From Hydrolagus affinis (lineage: Eukaryota): a stretch of 53,557 nucleotides of DNA. This document shows positions 39,006 through 52,432 of this stretch, in pieces. The DNA is taken from positions 1 through 53,557 of the forward strand of contig JAAILG010002530.1 of assembly GCA_012026655.1 (NCBI GenBank). The letters are read 5' to 3'. A program made the translations under genes and the position numbers. How positions within the stretch are numbered: position 1 is the stretch's first letter; each line of letters opens with the position of its first letter. The notes beneath the pieces are model-generated. The model saw only the letters and a program-made list of their open reading frames with translations, made no database searches and was not told where the DNA came from.

Positions 39006-42000
39006 CCGAGTAATTAACATTCCTTCAAGTAACTTGACAACTTTATAAAATTCAAATACTTCAAATGTTTTAATGGGAATCTCGCCACTAATAATTCTTT
39101 CAAATATTTTCTTCAATTTGAATTGCATATTAGCGCTTTTAAATTACATTTTAATTTGTCCTCTGCCCACCCTTAAATTAGTACAATAAATTAAGGCGAA
39201 GTGTTTTTTACCCACAAGGTAGAAGTGGAAATTGTGCCCATCAGTGGAGCAGTGAGGAAAAATCGACCATCTGTGTAAATGTCATAGATACAAAAAATAT
39301 TGGAAAATGTGGGTGGTAAAAGCCCAAAGGCATACTTTGACTAATTTAGCAAATTAAATTCCATTTATTGCTCAATGCTGCTACTGGAGTTGTTTTTTTT
39401 GTATCAATTCAAAACATGCTCGTTATACTCCCCATAGCAGTGAAAGCTCACAAAAGAGATGAGTATGCTGTATGATGTACTGTACATATATACTAACAGG
39501 AGAATTGGGGTTGAGAGGCAGTACTTTTTTCAAAATACTTAGAAGAGAGGATGAGGAGGGCTGGGGAGGTGGGGGGGGTGAAGCACTACCAAATGCAAGA
39601 TTTGCCTATTCCAAGGGATCCTCTTCCAGAAATAGGGTGCACTGGTACTTTATATTATTATGGTAGTCATCGTGGCTCCATCGAGTTCAAATTGGATCTG
39701 ATATGGTGGGAGTTGGAAAGGCATTAAGTTGTCTCCAGTTACTGGAATTGATTCTATTACAAGTCAGTCTGTAAGGTAAATGCAGCAATGCCACCACGGA
39801 TACCAGAAATTTGTATCAATCCAGTTCTTTGCATGTTTGTGAGTGTGAAAACTTGTTTTTTCCAGCAATGCAGTATTGTTGGCCTCTGTCCACCTGAGAG
39901 TTACAATATTGTATTCATTAGTTTGACTCTGATGGCAGCTGGGTGCCACATATTGCGAATTAACATATCGCCCAGAGGCAGAAAGGCTCTTCTAGTTGTG
40001 AAACCAAGAGGCATTGAAGCCATCACCTTTAACACCTTTTTATAACCAGAACAGTTGAATCATTATAAGAGACTAAATGAAGCTTGGCACTCCACCAAAT
40101 GGGAAAGTGGGGGGAAAAAGTAAATCATTATGTGACTGACCTACCAAGTTTATTTCACTGTTGACCTTTGATGCCTTTGTTGACTGGAACAAACCTGTAT
40201 TTAGTTTTATTTTAAACAAAAGCCACAAAAGTAAAAAAAAATCAAGGACATAGCCCTGTAACAATTAATGCAGCTTTGAAACTATAGTTCAGTAATCTAC
40301 AGGTTTTTCAAAAAAAATTACTGGAGGCAGTATCTTATAGCACATTGTAAGCAGTCATCTTTTACCTTGCCAAAGGGAGTGCTTGTTGGGCAGGCAGGTT
40401 ACACAGCGCTGGGGACATTGCTGCCAAGCCAACTTCTTCCCCACCGCCCTACAGCGCAGGGTACTTTAGTTATAGTAACCCAATCAACGCTGACATCAGG
40501 TATCTCTCAATGTAAAGCAGGGACTGAGCCTTGGGATTGCCTCTCGTTCATTGTGCACATTCTGACTTTTTTTTATTGAGTTTCATTTTCAGTGTGCATA
40601 CTTGCATAGGTTTGACATTTCATGTCACTTCAGTGTTTTGAGACTTATGATGGATTGTTTTGGGGGAGATTGCAGAGAAAGGAAATTGGTCATGTGTCTT
40701 CTTGCAGCTGAATTGCCATGTTTAGTCCTTGGTAAGTTAATAGCATGTAGAATTTGATACTTTAACATGTGCTTCACCATCTGCTAAGTGAGCTGATGAA
40801 AGCTAAGATTCTTAGAAACATCTATGCTCAATCCTTAGTCTGGTGTTTATTTAGGTTCTAGGTTTGCATGAAGACACATCCTTTACATATGTAATCAAAT
40901 ATACTATTTCTTTATAAACATGACCTTTCTAATTATTGCACAGTACTGGGCAGATTTAAACTATGGAGCAGATTTAAAATATGGATTGTTCTCTTGATGC
41001 TCTATTTAGGGAATTGCTGATGACATCTGGGCAATTGGGCAAGGAAGAGTGAGCCATAGAATTGTGAGAACACGTAGTCTGGAAATTAGACAAGTGGAGC
41101 CTGCCCTTTTCGGGAATTCTGTAGAATGAGAGAAATACCTTTCCATCCCCCCACCCCCCCCCAAAAGACTATTTTGAATCAGATTTGAAATGAGTCATGA
41201 AATCCATACTGGTGTTTGCTTCTGAGTGATTTATGAAGTGATCTCACAGCTGCAATGCCAGGTGGGTAGCTTTGGAAGGTGAGAGCTGCATTAGGAATCA
41301 CTGTTGATGAGGGGGGAGAAAATGAAAACAAATGTTTAATTCAACTTTGTGCATTTTCAACACTAACACTTAAAGATAGTCAAAAACTACCACTTTGCGA
41401 CAATTATAAAAGCAATAGATTTTTCTTACAGTCTATCTATCGGTAGTTAATGGTTTCTGTGATTTTAATTTCAGTGAATTCTGAGGCCTTTTGGGAGAAG
41501 CTGAGATTCCAGTGAATCACTTGAGTGACCCAATTTACAGTGACTAAATGAAACAATGTAATAAATAATAAAATAAAAATGTAATAAAAAGACTGCTTCA
41601 CTAGTCGAACCCTCAGATAGGGTTGTGTCTCTGCAGTAAAGCTTTATTTTCAGCTAATGTTCGATGGTCATTGAAATGAATGCACTCTAAGCTTTTTGAC
41701 ATTGCATGTCTACGTAGCCACGGAAACTTTAATTAACGTGACACAGTATGTTACTGCCGAGCTGATAGTCTACATAAATGAAAATGCCTTTCTCACAAGA
41801 TCAGATTTTTGTCTTAAAGTATTAGCTGACTTTGTGTACTTGGACACAACACAATTGGTAACCTGCCTACCTGAGCCACGTTCTAATACAGTATAATCCT
41901 CTTAGTAAGTTTGACTCTTTGAGCTTGTTTTTGAAGGGATGGATTTTCTTACTTGAGAGATTAACTGAACCTGTAACTTTATCCAAACAGCATTCAACTT

Positions 42001-42624
42001 TCTAAAAAAAAGTGAGGTTGTATTAATTACAGATTTTATTTATACACCTGGCTTTGCTGGATGATGTAGAAAGAAGATGAAGATTCGTCAAGAGCAGCAA
42101 CGTTGGCCACATTGTGTTCAAAAACCCACAATCAAACTGAAGTGGTTGTTGGGTTTCTGCCAGACAGACATAAAAGAGTAATAATAATGCAGGGCAGTAA
42201 TGCATTCCTCCAGCGATTTTTTTTCTCTCTCTTGCTCTACTCATATTTAACAGACTGAGATAAAGATTGTTTTTCTATTCACTTAGAGGGGTGTTGCATC
42301 CTTTTCAGTCACTCTCCCGGTGGCCTGTCACCTTGCCAGTTATCGGTACACACCTAGATTTCTCTTTAGAGGAATTCCCATGTTGTGAGTTGTGTGAGGG
42401 GGCAGAGATTTTCAGAGTTTGTTAATTGGTTGCCTTCCTTTATCTGAAGGATTTTGGAAAGAGCAGAGTACTTATTTGGATTTTCATTCATGTTGAATTT
42501 CTCTCGCCTTTTTATTTCAGATGATTGGAATTGTTTATTCATTTAATGAATGTACGCTAGCTTTACTTGAGCACAAGCTTATCTCCGTAACTTAAAGAAT
42601 AGTGTGAGCAGGGGGAAATAAAGG

Positions 42625-42770
42625 AAGAGGAGTAAGGCCATTCAGCCCATCAATCCTGTTCTGTCATTCTAATAGATCATGGCTGATCTGTACCTCAACT
42701 CCCAATTATCCACTTTTGTCCCATATCCCTTGATATCCTTACTTAACAATCTATCCACCTCAGTCTTGGA
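42625..42770 (-). mobile_element. CR1 3' UTR fragment
   Basis: ggagtaaggccattcagccc...agatcatggctgatct...ccatatccc...aatctatc is the reverse complement of the CR1 end. Confidence 0.78.
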
Positions 42771-42829
42771 GGATAGGAAAGAAAATAGAATAAGGTTATA
42801 TTTTTCAACCAACTATCGACCTACCTACA

Positions 42830-42886
42830 TCAGGATGCCCTCCAAACTTGAAAGGCGCTATACAAATGTAATGTTATTGTTGTTGT
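42830..42886 (+). mobile_element. Short L2-type 3' end
   Basis: tgaaaggcgctatacaaatgtaatgttattgttgttg. Confidence 0.65.
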
Positions 42887-44944
42887 GGAGAAATTCCAAA
42901 TTTTTTGGAGTGAAAAAACTTCCTGTTAGCGATCGGCCACATCAGGCCTCCTAGTTGGTGAAAAACATTAGTGTGATGTAGTGCGGGCCACTTGTAGGAA
43001 TGAAGCCTAGTCATGCTAAATCTTGGCAGTTTCACATCATGGGTAAGTGGGCATACTTAGATATATATTCTCAGGTTGGGTGTGATCCTAAGCAAGTTGA
43101 GGTACAATCTATCCAAGTTCAAATCCACTTGGTGGTTTCCACTTTTGATGTCATTGAGCATCACTTGATTGTTTTGTAGGTTTCTAACCTGATCAGTGGT
43201 AAAACATTAAAGGACCCTTTGTAGTTGAACATAAATAATAATGTCCAAGTAATCAAACAAAATATTATACTTTGTCTTTCTAAAAACCATGTTTTCTTTC
43301 AACAGTAAGGCAAAAAAGACGGTGCACATTACTACACATTTTCAATTATTAGTTTTTTTCCCTTGGTTTTGATGCTCAATAAGATTTCCAGCTTAATGAC
43401 TTGTTTATACAGTGTTGGGATCCAGACTGTGACTATTCAGGTTGTGTCTGAGTTGTCCTCAACCAGTCAGTAATAAGTGGCTAGATCCAGGAAGTTATTT
43501 CTTCCTTATTTCCTACAATCTGCAGGCTTCCAAATTCTTGAGTTAAAACGTCCTCACCTTTGCTCCTGGATTTATCTAATCTGCTCCCTCCCCTATCTTG
43601 GCTCTTCACCTAGTTTACAGATATAGAACAACTTTTTGGCTGGAATAGCCAGTTCACCTGGATGCAGGTATACAGTAATTGTAACTAAACACCAAGCAAA
43701 AACCATGGATTTTTACAAAGCTTAAATGTGTATAAACTTTGGAGATTGAAAGTAATATATGCCTATTTTTTTTTGAGCATTGATTAGTTCTACTGTAACA
43801 AGTTTTTCTTTCAGCAAATAAATGCTGTCTAATATACTAATCTTTGCCTCAGAGCTTGCAATGACCTAAGTTCAGTATTATTTCAGCATAGCAAACACAA
43901 GTGAAATGGGTCTTCAGTTAATTATTTTTAATTGGTTGTAAGATGTTTAAATGGGTTTTTCAAAATGAACTCCAGGGACAGAGATTAATTTTAGCAATCT
44001 CCTTTCCATCCTGGATGAGATTGGCAAGCTTGGACCATTTGAGGTCTGTATGTCTATTGCCACACACTGGACATTTACACAATGGGCCTTCAACACTGCA
44101 AAAGGGCCATTAAACGTGACATTTAATTATTTCACCTCTTAATGTCCTTTCCTAAAGGATAAAAATCTGACCTTGTTTGTGTCCAGCTCAGCAATTTACT
44201 GTGTTACCTAACTGTGAGCAGAAATGGCAGATGGATGGAAGTGTTCTTCTGAGTGGAATCAAGGCAGTTCTTAAACACCTTTATTAATCTGGTTGTTAGA
44301 AGGCGAGTTAAAATTTTAATCGTTAGCAGCAGCTCAACTGTCTCTACAGAATCGACACTCCTATTTGTTGAGTTCTTTACAGGGTTTACTGTTGAACTTA
44401 CCACAAATGCACATTTTGAATATCAGCAAATAGTGAGCTGTTACTTCAGTTTCTTGTCCTGTGAATAACTGCTTTCAAAGACTGGGTAGGTTAAGTAAGG
44501 ACTTGCAGTGTGCTTAGTTCCTTTTTATGACTGTAATAAACTGAAGCTATATCTCTCTGCAGATCACAACTGGAAGAACCAATTTAAATATTTTCACACC
44601 CAGGATAGCTATTTTCCCCATTCTGTCAGCATCTCCTATCAGTAACATTTCACAATGCAGTTATCTCCTAGGTATTACCATCTAATCACTATGTTCCTTC
44701 GTTATCTGAAATATAATTTGTTTCGTTCAAAATAGACTACAACTTCAACCACACCACAATTATTATGAATCTGAGCGATAACTTAAAATGTCTGGAGGGT
44801 AACTATAAAATAATGTGCTTGGATGAAACTATATTTGCAGACTAAAAAAAATACAAAGCTTGCATCAATGAGTGTCAACTTAATGTGATTAAATGACTGG
44901 CACCGAGTAATTGAATATTCATTGTGCATTTTTTTTTAAAAAAG

Positions 44945-45110
44945 GTCAATCCAACTGGCGAGTGTGTACAGGCGCTGTTGAAGATGATGTATTGTCCGCA
45001 CTGCAGTGGGTTACTTACTGTGAAACCCTGCAGCAACTACTGTCTGAATGTCATGAAGGGCTGCTTGGCTAATCAGGCGGATCTGGACACCGAGTGGAAC
45101 AACTTCATTG
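44945..45110 (+). CDS. GPC4: Glypican-4 coding exon 4 (166 nt, phase 0-1)
   Basis: Acceptor tttttttttaaaaaag| and donor |gtgagt. Encodes [55 protein letters not shown], the glypican Cys-rich signature. VNPT, ALLKM, VKPC and WNNFI are GPC4-type. Confidence 0.97.
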
Positions 45111-45324
45111 GTGAGTTTTGCAAAACCTTTCAAAGCTTTGGTAAACGTGATGCTGAGGGAGGGTTCAATTCTTCCTTTCATTGAGCATTAGACAGAGGCA
45201 TTTAAGAGGACACTAGACTTTTGCATGAAAGAGAAGGGAATAGAAGGATATTGCGCCAGTAAGGAATGGGTGGAGACTCGTGAGAGTATCATCACCGACT
45301 GGCACAGACGAGATGGGCTGAATG

Positions 45325-45540
45325 AAAACCGCAAAACACTGCAGAGGCTGGAAATCTGAAACAAAAACAGAAATCACTGGGAACGCTCAGCAGGTCTGGC
45401 AGCATCTATGGAGAAAAGGAAAAAGTGACCTGGTTCTGACGATGGGTCGTGAACCCGAAACGTTGGGTCACTTTTCCTTTCACCATAGCTGCTGCCTGAC
45501 CTGCTGAGTGTTTCCAGCGATTTCTGTTTTTGTTTCAGAT
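45325..45540. mobile_element. Penelope-like-element-derived inverted-repeat insertion
   Basis: Arms of about 77 nt (45354-45431, 45465-45540), outer 22 nt perfectly complementary. Flanking duplication agatgg(g/a)ctgaatg. Loop carries CTGACGA...GAAACGTT. Confidence 0.72.
45436..45464 (+). ncRNA. Minimal hammerhead-ribozyme-like core (putative)
   Basis: CTGACGA-t-GGGT-cgtga-ACCC-GAAA-CGTT: both conserved boxes, a 4-bp stem II and a palindromic ACGT stem III. Stem I register is imperfect. Confidence 0.5.
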
Positions 45541-45689
45541 GGACTGAATGGCCTGTTTCCATGCTATAATCTATGTAAAGCTGTGCAAATGAATACAGTT
45601 AATACAACACTGACTATAGGTTAATATAAAAGAAACTTCAACTGAAATATGAATTTTTTTTACAAGATGTTACTGTTGTGCAATGTTGA

Positions 45690-45800
45690 TAATAATCCTT
45701 GCATTTGATACAGCACCCTTCACTTTACAAAGTAATCTCAAAGCACTCCACATGATGTTTACTGTAAAGTGCAATGACTGTATTTTGTAAGTAAATGTAG
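45690..45800 (-). mobile_element. 5'-truncated SINE tail
   Basis: aataatccttgcatttgatacagcacc...tactgtaaagtg. Confidence 0.7.
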
Positions 45801-46200
45801 TTGTTGAGGGGATCATTTTGCTGCTATGAATTTCTATTTCTAAGAGTGTCTTGAATCAATTTGATATTTAATGGTTTTTCCTAGTTGAGACCGTTTCCAA
45901 TGGTCTTTTTGGAGAATGTGCTATGGAGCCATTGTCTCCAATAGCTTTTCCAATAGAAGAGATGAACAGGAATTGCTTTCACCCTGCTGTCTTTTTCCTC
46001 TTTCTACTCTGAACACAGCTGCCAGGCCATGAGAGTAGGTAACTGACATGCTTCTACCAATGCCTTGTTGTATCCAAATAAATGACACTGTCAAAGAAAA
46101 GGTTGGTGATGAGCTATAAAACACCTCAGAGGTGTATCCAGAACACTGCTCAGGCTTTGGTGCAATTGGTTGGGCAAATCAATTGCAGTGAACAGCATAT

Positions 46201-46256
46201 TGGGACGTTCCGATGTGAAAGACGCTCTATTAATGTCGTTTTGTTGTTCTTGTTGT
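46201..46256 (+). mobile_element. Short L2-type 3' end
   Basis: gggacgttccgatgtgaaagacgctctattaatg...ttgttgttcttgttg. Confidence 0.62.
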
Positions 46257-46663
46257 ATTTGAGCATTTAACCCCCAAAAAAGGGTTATCAACTTTACATG
46301 CATTCATTCATACTCTGCCTCTGGGCTTTTACAACTGCATTTTTCTTTAGGTTAGACCATGTCATAGAGGTGGTGGCTGAACAATTTTCAAAAGCCACTC
46401 AGTAGTAAACCATTCCACCAATGGTCACTTGGGTGTTCAGAACTGAAGCTAGTTCAACCAAAATGTCACATTTCTTATTGGATTGAATCTTGGATTGAAA
46501 TATCGCAAATTTCATTCCATATCTATTAACCCACGTGCAAGGCTTGTTGGATTATTGGTGCATAGTTTTTCAACAAAAAAACTTGAAAGAATTTGACAGA
46601 AAATTGCTTGAAAGTTGCTCTCGATCACACTTTCTTTATGAACATGTAATTTACCAGCTTTTT

Positions 46664-47093
46664 CAGCTAGGCTCAGTGGTAGCATTGTTACCTCTGAGTC
46701 AGAAGGTTGTGGATTCAAATCCCACATTGCATAAGATGATACTCCAGTGCTCTGAGACGCCGTCTGTCGTGGAGGGCACTATATAAATCAAAGTTGTTGT
46801 TGTCCTGCAGATGTGATGTTAAATCAAGGTCTCCTCTACCTGTTCAGGTGGACATTAAAATCCAATGGCACTATTCAAAAAGAGAAGGGAGTTTCTCCTG
46901 GTGTCCTGGCCAACAATCCCCCAAATGAACTTGGTCACTCATTTTATGGCTGTTTGTTGGACATTGCTGGGCACAATTGGGCTGCCTCATTTGCCAACGA
47001 ATACAGTCACTTGATTTCAAAGTAAAATCCTGTGAGTTGCTTTGAGAAGTCCTTCCAACAGAAGATGCTATAGCAAATGCAAAAATTCTTATT
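46664..47093 (+). mobile_element. DeuSINE, near full length
   Basis: ggctcagtggtagc..tctgagtcagaaggttgtggattcaaatccc head; caggtggacattaaaatccaatggcactattc..gtgtcctggccaac core; aaatgcaa tail. Confidence 0.8.
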
Positions 47094-50000
47094 GGTATTT
47101 AGGTAGTCTTTATTTGGACGAGTATCAAAACTTGTTCTACTTAGTGAGAGAAAATGGGCTGAAATGGCAAAGGTTAAACATGATTGCAAGGTGAGGAGGA
47201 AGGGTGAAATCTTCAGTAAGTTTAATTTTTAAATGTGAAACAGAGGAAATTCATTTGAAACAGGTTTGTGAGAAATGAACTAGGACAGGTTAGTGAGCTG
47301 TGAATTGGAAGAGGAACATGGGCTGAAGCATGACTGTAAATGGCCAGACTTTCCAATCTGCAGACAATCAATTTCTCACAAGCCTCGTCTTTCACAGAAA
47401 GGAATTTAGTTTTTTTTTAAAAATAGCTAAAGTTTCTGCACAGCCCTGAAATAGGAGAAAATACAGAATGAGAATTTCTGATAGGTTTAGCTGGATCTTA
47501 ACATTCAATACTGTTTTTGTTGGTTTTGCACAAAAGCCAATGGAGTGAGTTTCAAAATATATCTTGTTCTGATGTCAGTTATGCTGATGACCTGTGCCTT
47601 AATTAATACAAAATTTTGTTTAAAATCCTACTGTAATGCAGACTCAGTGATGGATGTGCTCTTAAGCCTGTTTTATATGATCAAAGATGAACTCTTTAAC
47701 TGTGACGTCGTATTTCCAGTGGTTGGAAAATCCATGAGTAAATACAATTTGGTTTTAGTATTGAGCTTATAGTGCATTTTTCTCTTTGATCTATGTGCCT
47801 TTTCAGATATCTGGAACCGCTTCTGCTTTACCAGAGCTGCTGATTGTAAATAATTTTGGTTGCTGTGCAGCTATTCCCCCGCAATAGTTTGATAAACGGT
47901 GGAGAGAAAAATTGCTCCAGCAAACGGCTTTCAAAATCAGTGGAACGCAGGAAGAAAAAGCTATTTGAAGTATTTCATTGACCAGTGTGTGAAATTATAG
48001 TTGAACCCACACTCGATACGATTTTTTTTCGATGCTTAATCTGAATAAATGGGAATTGAGTAGAGTTGGTACTACAAATACTTTTACTGGTGCTTTGAGG
48101 GTTAAGGAAACTTTCGCGAGTGCTGACCTATTGCTATTGGCTATAAGGAGTACATACTTGCACTGCATGAATGTCAACAGAAGGTCAGAATTATGTTGCG
48201 TGCCTGTAGGTGAGCAAATATGGGAGCTCACTTCATTTGAACACCGGTTTCCAATGCCCAGAAGCTGGATCGCTTGGGTCTGTAGGTATGAGTAAATGCA
48301 GCTGTGAAATCTACATACCAGAAACCGCAAATGAATGTGAGACAGCTTGTATGCTGTCGACATTTTTTTAATTGCTGTCAGTCATAGTTACTGGAGGGAA
48401 GCTCCTGTCTGCCAGGTTTGATGTTGGCTTGATCGAAGCTAATTCTTTGCATCGCAAACTGGTTTCCCTCAATAAAAATACCTTCCGATAAATTCTTTTT
48501 AAGTACATTTATTTTTTCTTCCTCTTTTATTCTCTCTCTCTCCCCCACACCCCACCTTACCATCAGCCCCGTGGACAAAAATAAAATGTTGCACCTTATC
48601 CAATTGCATGTTTGCTGCTAAAGATCAGTGTAAACTCCCTTGATCAATTATTGCTCTCTCCCTACCCCTCCCTTATCTTTCATGCACAGTCATGCCTTCA
48701 CTGCAGGAAGCTGAATGCATTTTCTATATCAGCAGTCAAAGAAGGAACTGCCAGCGATCATTCACATTCCTAAGCTGTGATACATGTAATGCCATGGCAC
48801 CTCAAGTAACAAGAGTGCACATCAGCCCAGCATTCCCATGCTCTTCTGCATGGCCTGGCTGCCTTTAAGTTTACAAAGACGCCAAAGAACCAGAAGAATT
48901 GGTTTTATGTTTCTTTTCAGGCTTTTACAACACATCAGTAATCTGGCCCTTTTTTATCTTGGTGGTGTGGGAATAAAGTGGAAAATGTGGAAAAAATTTA
49001 AGAAGAATTTTAAGCATGTTACTGTATGTGTACATTCTTTATTCATAATTTGTTCGGGGTGGTTGGCTGGAAAAAGAATGACCCTTCTTTGAGAGCTAAC
49101 TGATTTTATTCTGAGAGCACCCATTAATCACTAAATGTAATTTTGAAATTTATTTGCTGATTTCCACCACACCAAAAGGCTATTAAGTCACAGATTACTT
49201 ACCACCAGAATAATGAATCCCTTCGAAAACGGGCAAACATTTTGTCAGGAAAGTTGACTGTAGCAGGCATTTTCGTTACACAAAAGCCTCAGTATAGTTG
49301 TATTCTACGTCTCTGCACGCGTACATTTATCAATGAGGGGTAAGTTCTAGAAACTGTTGCTAAAGCATCTACATTCTTTCAAAATTCTAATGGGTGCTTG
49401 AAGGGAGAAATACATAACACAGTCTAAAGTTTCCAGCCACTTGATCTTTTATGGTAATTACAGCGCTGATGACTGATAACTTGAAATAAATTGTACACTG
49501 GATTTTCCTTCTATTCCAACGCTAAAGTTTCAATGCACAGTTGAATTGGGTATATCTGGAACAACCTTTCTCTGTTCCTGGACTCCGTATGCTATGGATA
49601 GATATGTTGATTTATGTCCTGAAGTAATTATTCCCCAGATTAATGTGCAAATGCTATTCTGTAACGGTGAGGAGTAGCTTGTTCCCTATACTCTCCAAGC
49701 AGCGAACGTATCTATGAAAATGTAGAAATCATTCAAATAGGATGAAAATTTCAAAAGTCCGCAAATTTAAAATCTGTGTGTGCAAAATGTTGGATGTTTA
49801 CTTGGCAAGATACACAATTACAGTACTTGCGTTTCAATCATAGCCCAAGCCAACTTGTTTCTTTTATCTCAACATTTGGGTGGTATAAAATTATGCTGAA
49901 AACTGATTATTACATACTGAGCCATATCAAAATCCTGTATTAATTCAAAGTATCTGAATTACATTACCCAGTATTATTGCTGCAAAAATTATTGTCCAAA

Positions 50001-50939
50001 TTTAGTTCCATATTGTTGACTTTGTAAGGCTCTTATCTAATCTTAAATTCTGTATTAGTCACCCTTGTTGGATTGTTGCCTCTCTCATCATTTTTAACAT
50101 CTTAGGAGGGAAACACAGTTCGTTACCTTTGCCTTATCTCTTATATCCCTGTCTTTTTACCAATCAAATATTCAATCTTTTTTTTTAAAGATAACATATT
50201 GGTAGATCCAGCATTGACTGCTTAACCTGAAAGTTATTGTTGTGTGTAATTCTTTGAGGCCTGTGCATTTTCCACCCCTATCGTCCATTAATTTGCTCAT
50301 GTTGTATAACCTTATTATGCTAAGACTAGCTGTACACATTGCAGTTTAACCAAAGGATCCAATTTGGAATGTAGATTGACACATAGACAAACAAACAAAC
50401 AGACAGATATTTCATCTTTACCTCCAGTCACCTGGGAGGACTCCTCTGAGGGAAGTCCTAGTGGGAGATCTTGGCGCATTCAAAATGTAATTTTATTGGT
50501 GTTGCTGCGGCTTAGCTTTGTCTGTGTTCTTTATTTTGTTCCCGCCGTTTGGTTATGTGCTTGCTCTGTGACGCAGGATGCCACAGCCTCATGGTCAGCG
50601 GGCCCTGCCACCAGGTGTAACTGCAGCGAAAAACACACAACTGAAAATACCCCATTAATGTTAAACAAATATGAATGTTAAACAAAAACAAATATGCCTA
50701 TGTCACTCCCAAATGCAAGGCCTTTTTGTTGAGGTACAAGTCATCAATCGGTTATTGAGATCCTTCTGGAAGCACAGACAGATATTGTCATTTTATTAGT
50801 GTGTAATATAGAAGTTGGATAGATGATATTAGCACAGAACATGTTGGTAGGAGACATAATTATAGTTTGTATCTTGGGATTTGCCTCGCTGGGTGTGGCA
50901 CAAATTGATCGTAAAGTAGTGCTTCTGAGTGAAACATAA

Positions 50940-51206
<267 letters not shown>

Positions 51207-52288
51207 TGAATTTGTGCAAAATGATACGATTGTTCTGTTCCATTTTAAAGTTTTGTCAACGCTGCTAAAGTAGCCACAGTGTACTAACACCAAGCACAGT
51301 GCAATAGTTTTTTCCCTATTCTTTTTTTCAGTATCTATATAGCTGTGTGAGCCAGTCAGAATTCAAATTCCTTGCATTCCTTTCTTGAAAGTGTTGAGAC
51401 TTGCTCTGATGCCAACTCTTTTTCCTGACAATTAATCGCTAGAGGTAGAACTTTCTACGGTGTTGCACGATTTTTAGAGCAGAAGGGAGAGGATAGATAA
51501 AGATAATTGGGAGAAAGTGTAGAAGTTACTAAGAACTCTGAACAAGTCGAAGGAAACTAAGCACTTTGAAACCAGATTGATTTAAGGCATAAAGACTTGG
51601 TTAAAATCCAGTCTAACTCATTTGTTTATTCTCTGCATTCCTTTATGATTGCTCCAGACAATAATTTGGAGCAAGTAAAATGTTATGCTTTGTGGTCTGG
51701 CAAGAGAAAATAACTTTTCAATTTCTCATGGTATATCTTTGTTCGATTGATTTGTTTGACTCAGTTTGAGTTATTACAGATTGTAGTGAGATTGTGCAGA
51801 AATGTTTTCCCCCTGGGAAAACTCTTAATTTCTACAAGGATATTTGCATGTTTTTATGTACCAATAAGACTCAACATTTACATAAGATGTAAACTGTTCA
51901 TTTGATAGTAACTCAAAGTAAACCCAGTATTGTATAATAGTTTTTTGAAAATTACACGAATCTAAATTCTAGCTGATGGGGTGTGACAATGTGGAGTAAT
52001 CTTGAACCTATTTGCTTTGAGCTTCTCTTTGAAGCCAAATTGACTGATAGATCTTTTTAAAAAAAAGTCTATTGGTTATACGTTCACATTAACTGCACAT
52101 TTCCCGTTCAGTATGGTCATTAAACTCCCTTACCTTAATAACGAAAAAAAAATTGAAATTTCCTTGCTGCTCGTCTGGGCTGATAATGGTCCTTGTTGAA
52201 CACGAAGGACAAAAAGAATGCGGGGAAAAATACTGAAGCTAAGCACTGAGCACAATTTGCGAGTGATGACTGATTGTGTTCCCTCCAG

Positions 52289-52432
52289 GTGTTTCAGGGA
52301 TGTGGGAAACCCAAGGCAGTCTCATTGAGCCGGCCTTCACGAGCGGTTTCCGACGGCTTTAATGCCCGTTTCAGACCTTATAGTCCTGAGGAGCGTCCAA
52401 CCACGGCAGCTGGTACAAGCCTGGATAGACTG
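52289..52432 (+). CDS. GPC4: Glypican-4 coding exon 6 (144 nt, phase 0-0)
   Basis: Acceptor gttccctccag| and donor |gtgagt. Encodes [48 protein letters not shown], with an RxxR convertase motif (RPSR, 52331-52342). Confidence 0.96.

Larger units (their letters stand above)
45190..45575 (+). mobile_element. CR1 3' end interrupted by fold-back insertion
   Basis: gcatttaagagg..ctagac..gaagggaatagaaggatat..gatgggctgaatg resumes after the insert as ggactgaatggcctgtttccatgct. Confidence 0.7.

Noticed and set aside
40950-40985. 18-bp tandem duplication gcagatttaaa(c/a)tatgga
   Set aside because: Ordinary two-copy slippage with no further structure.
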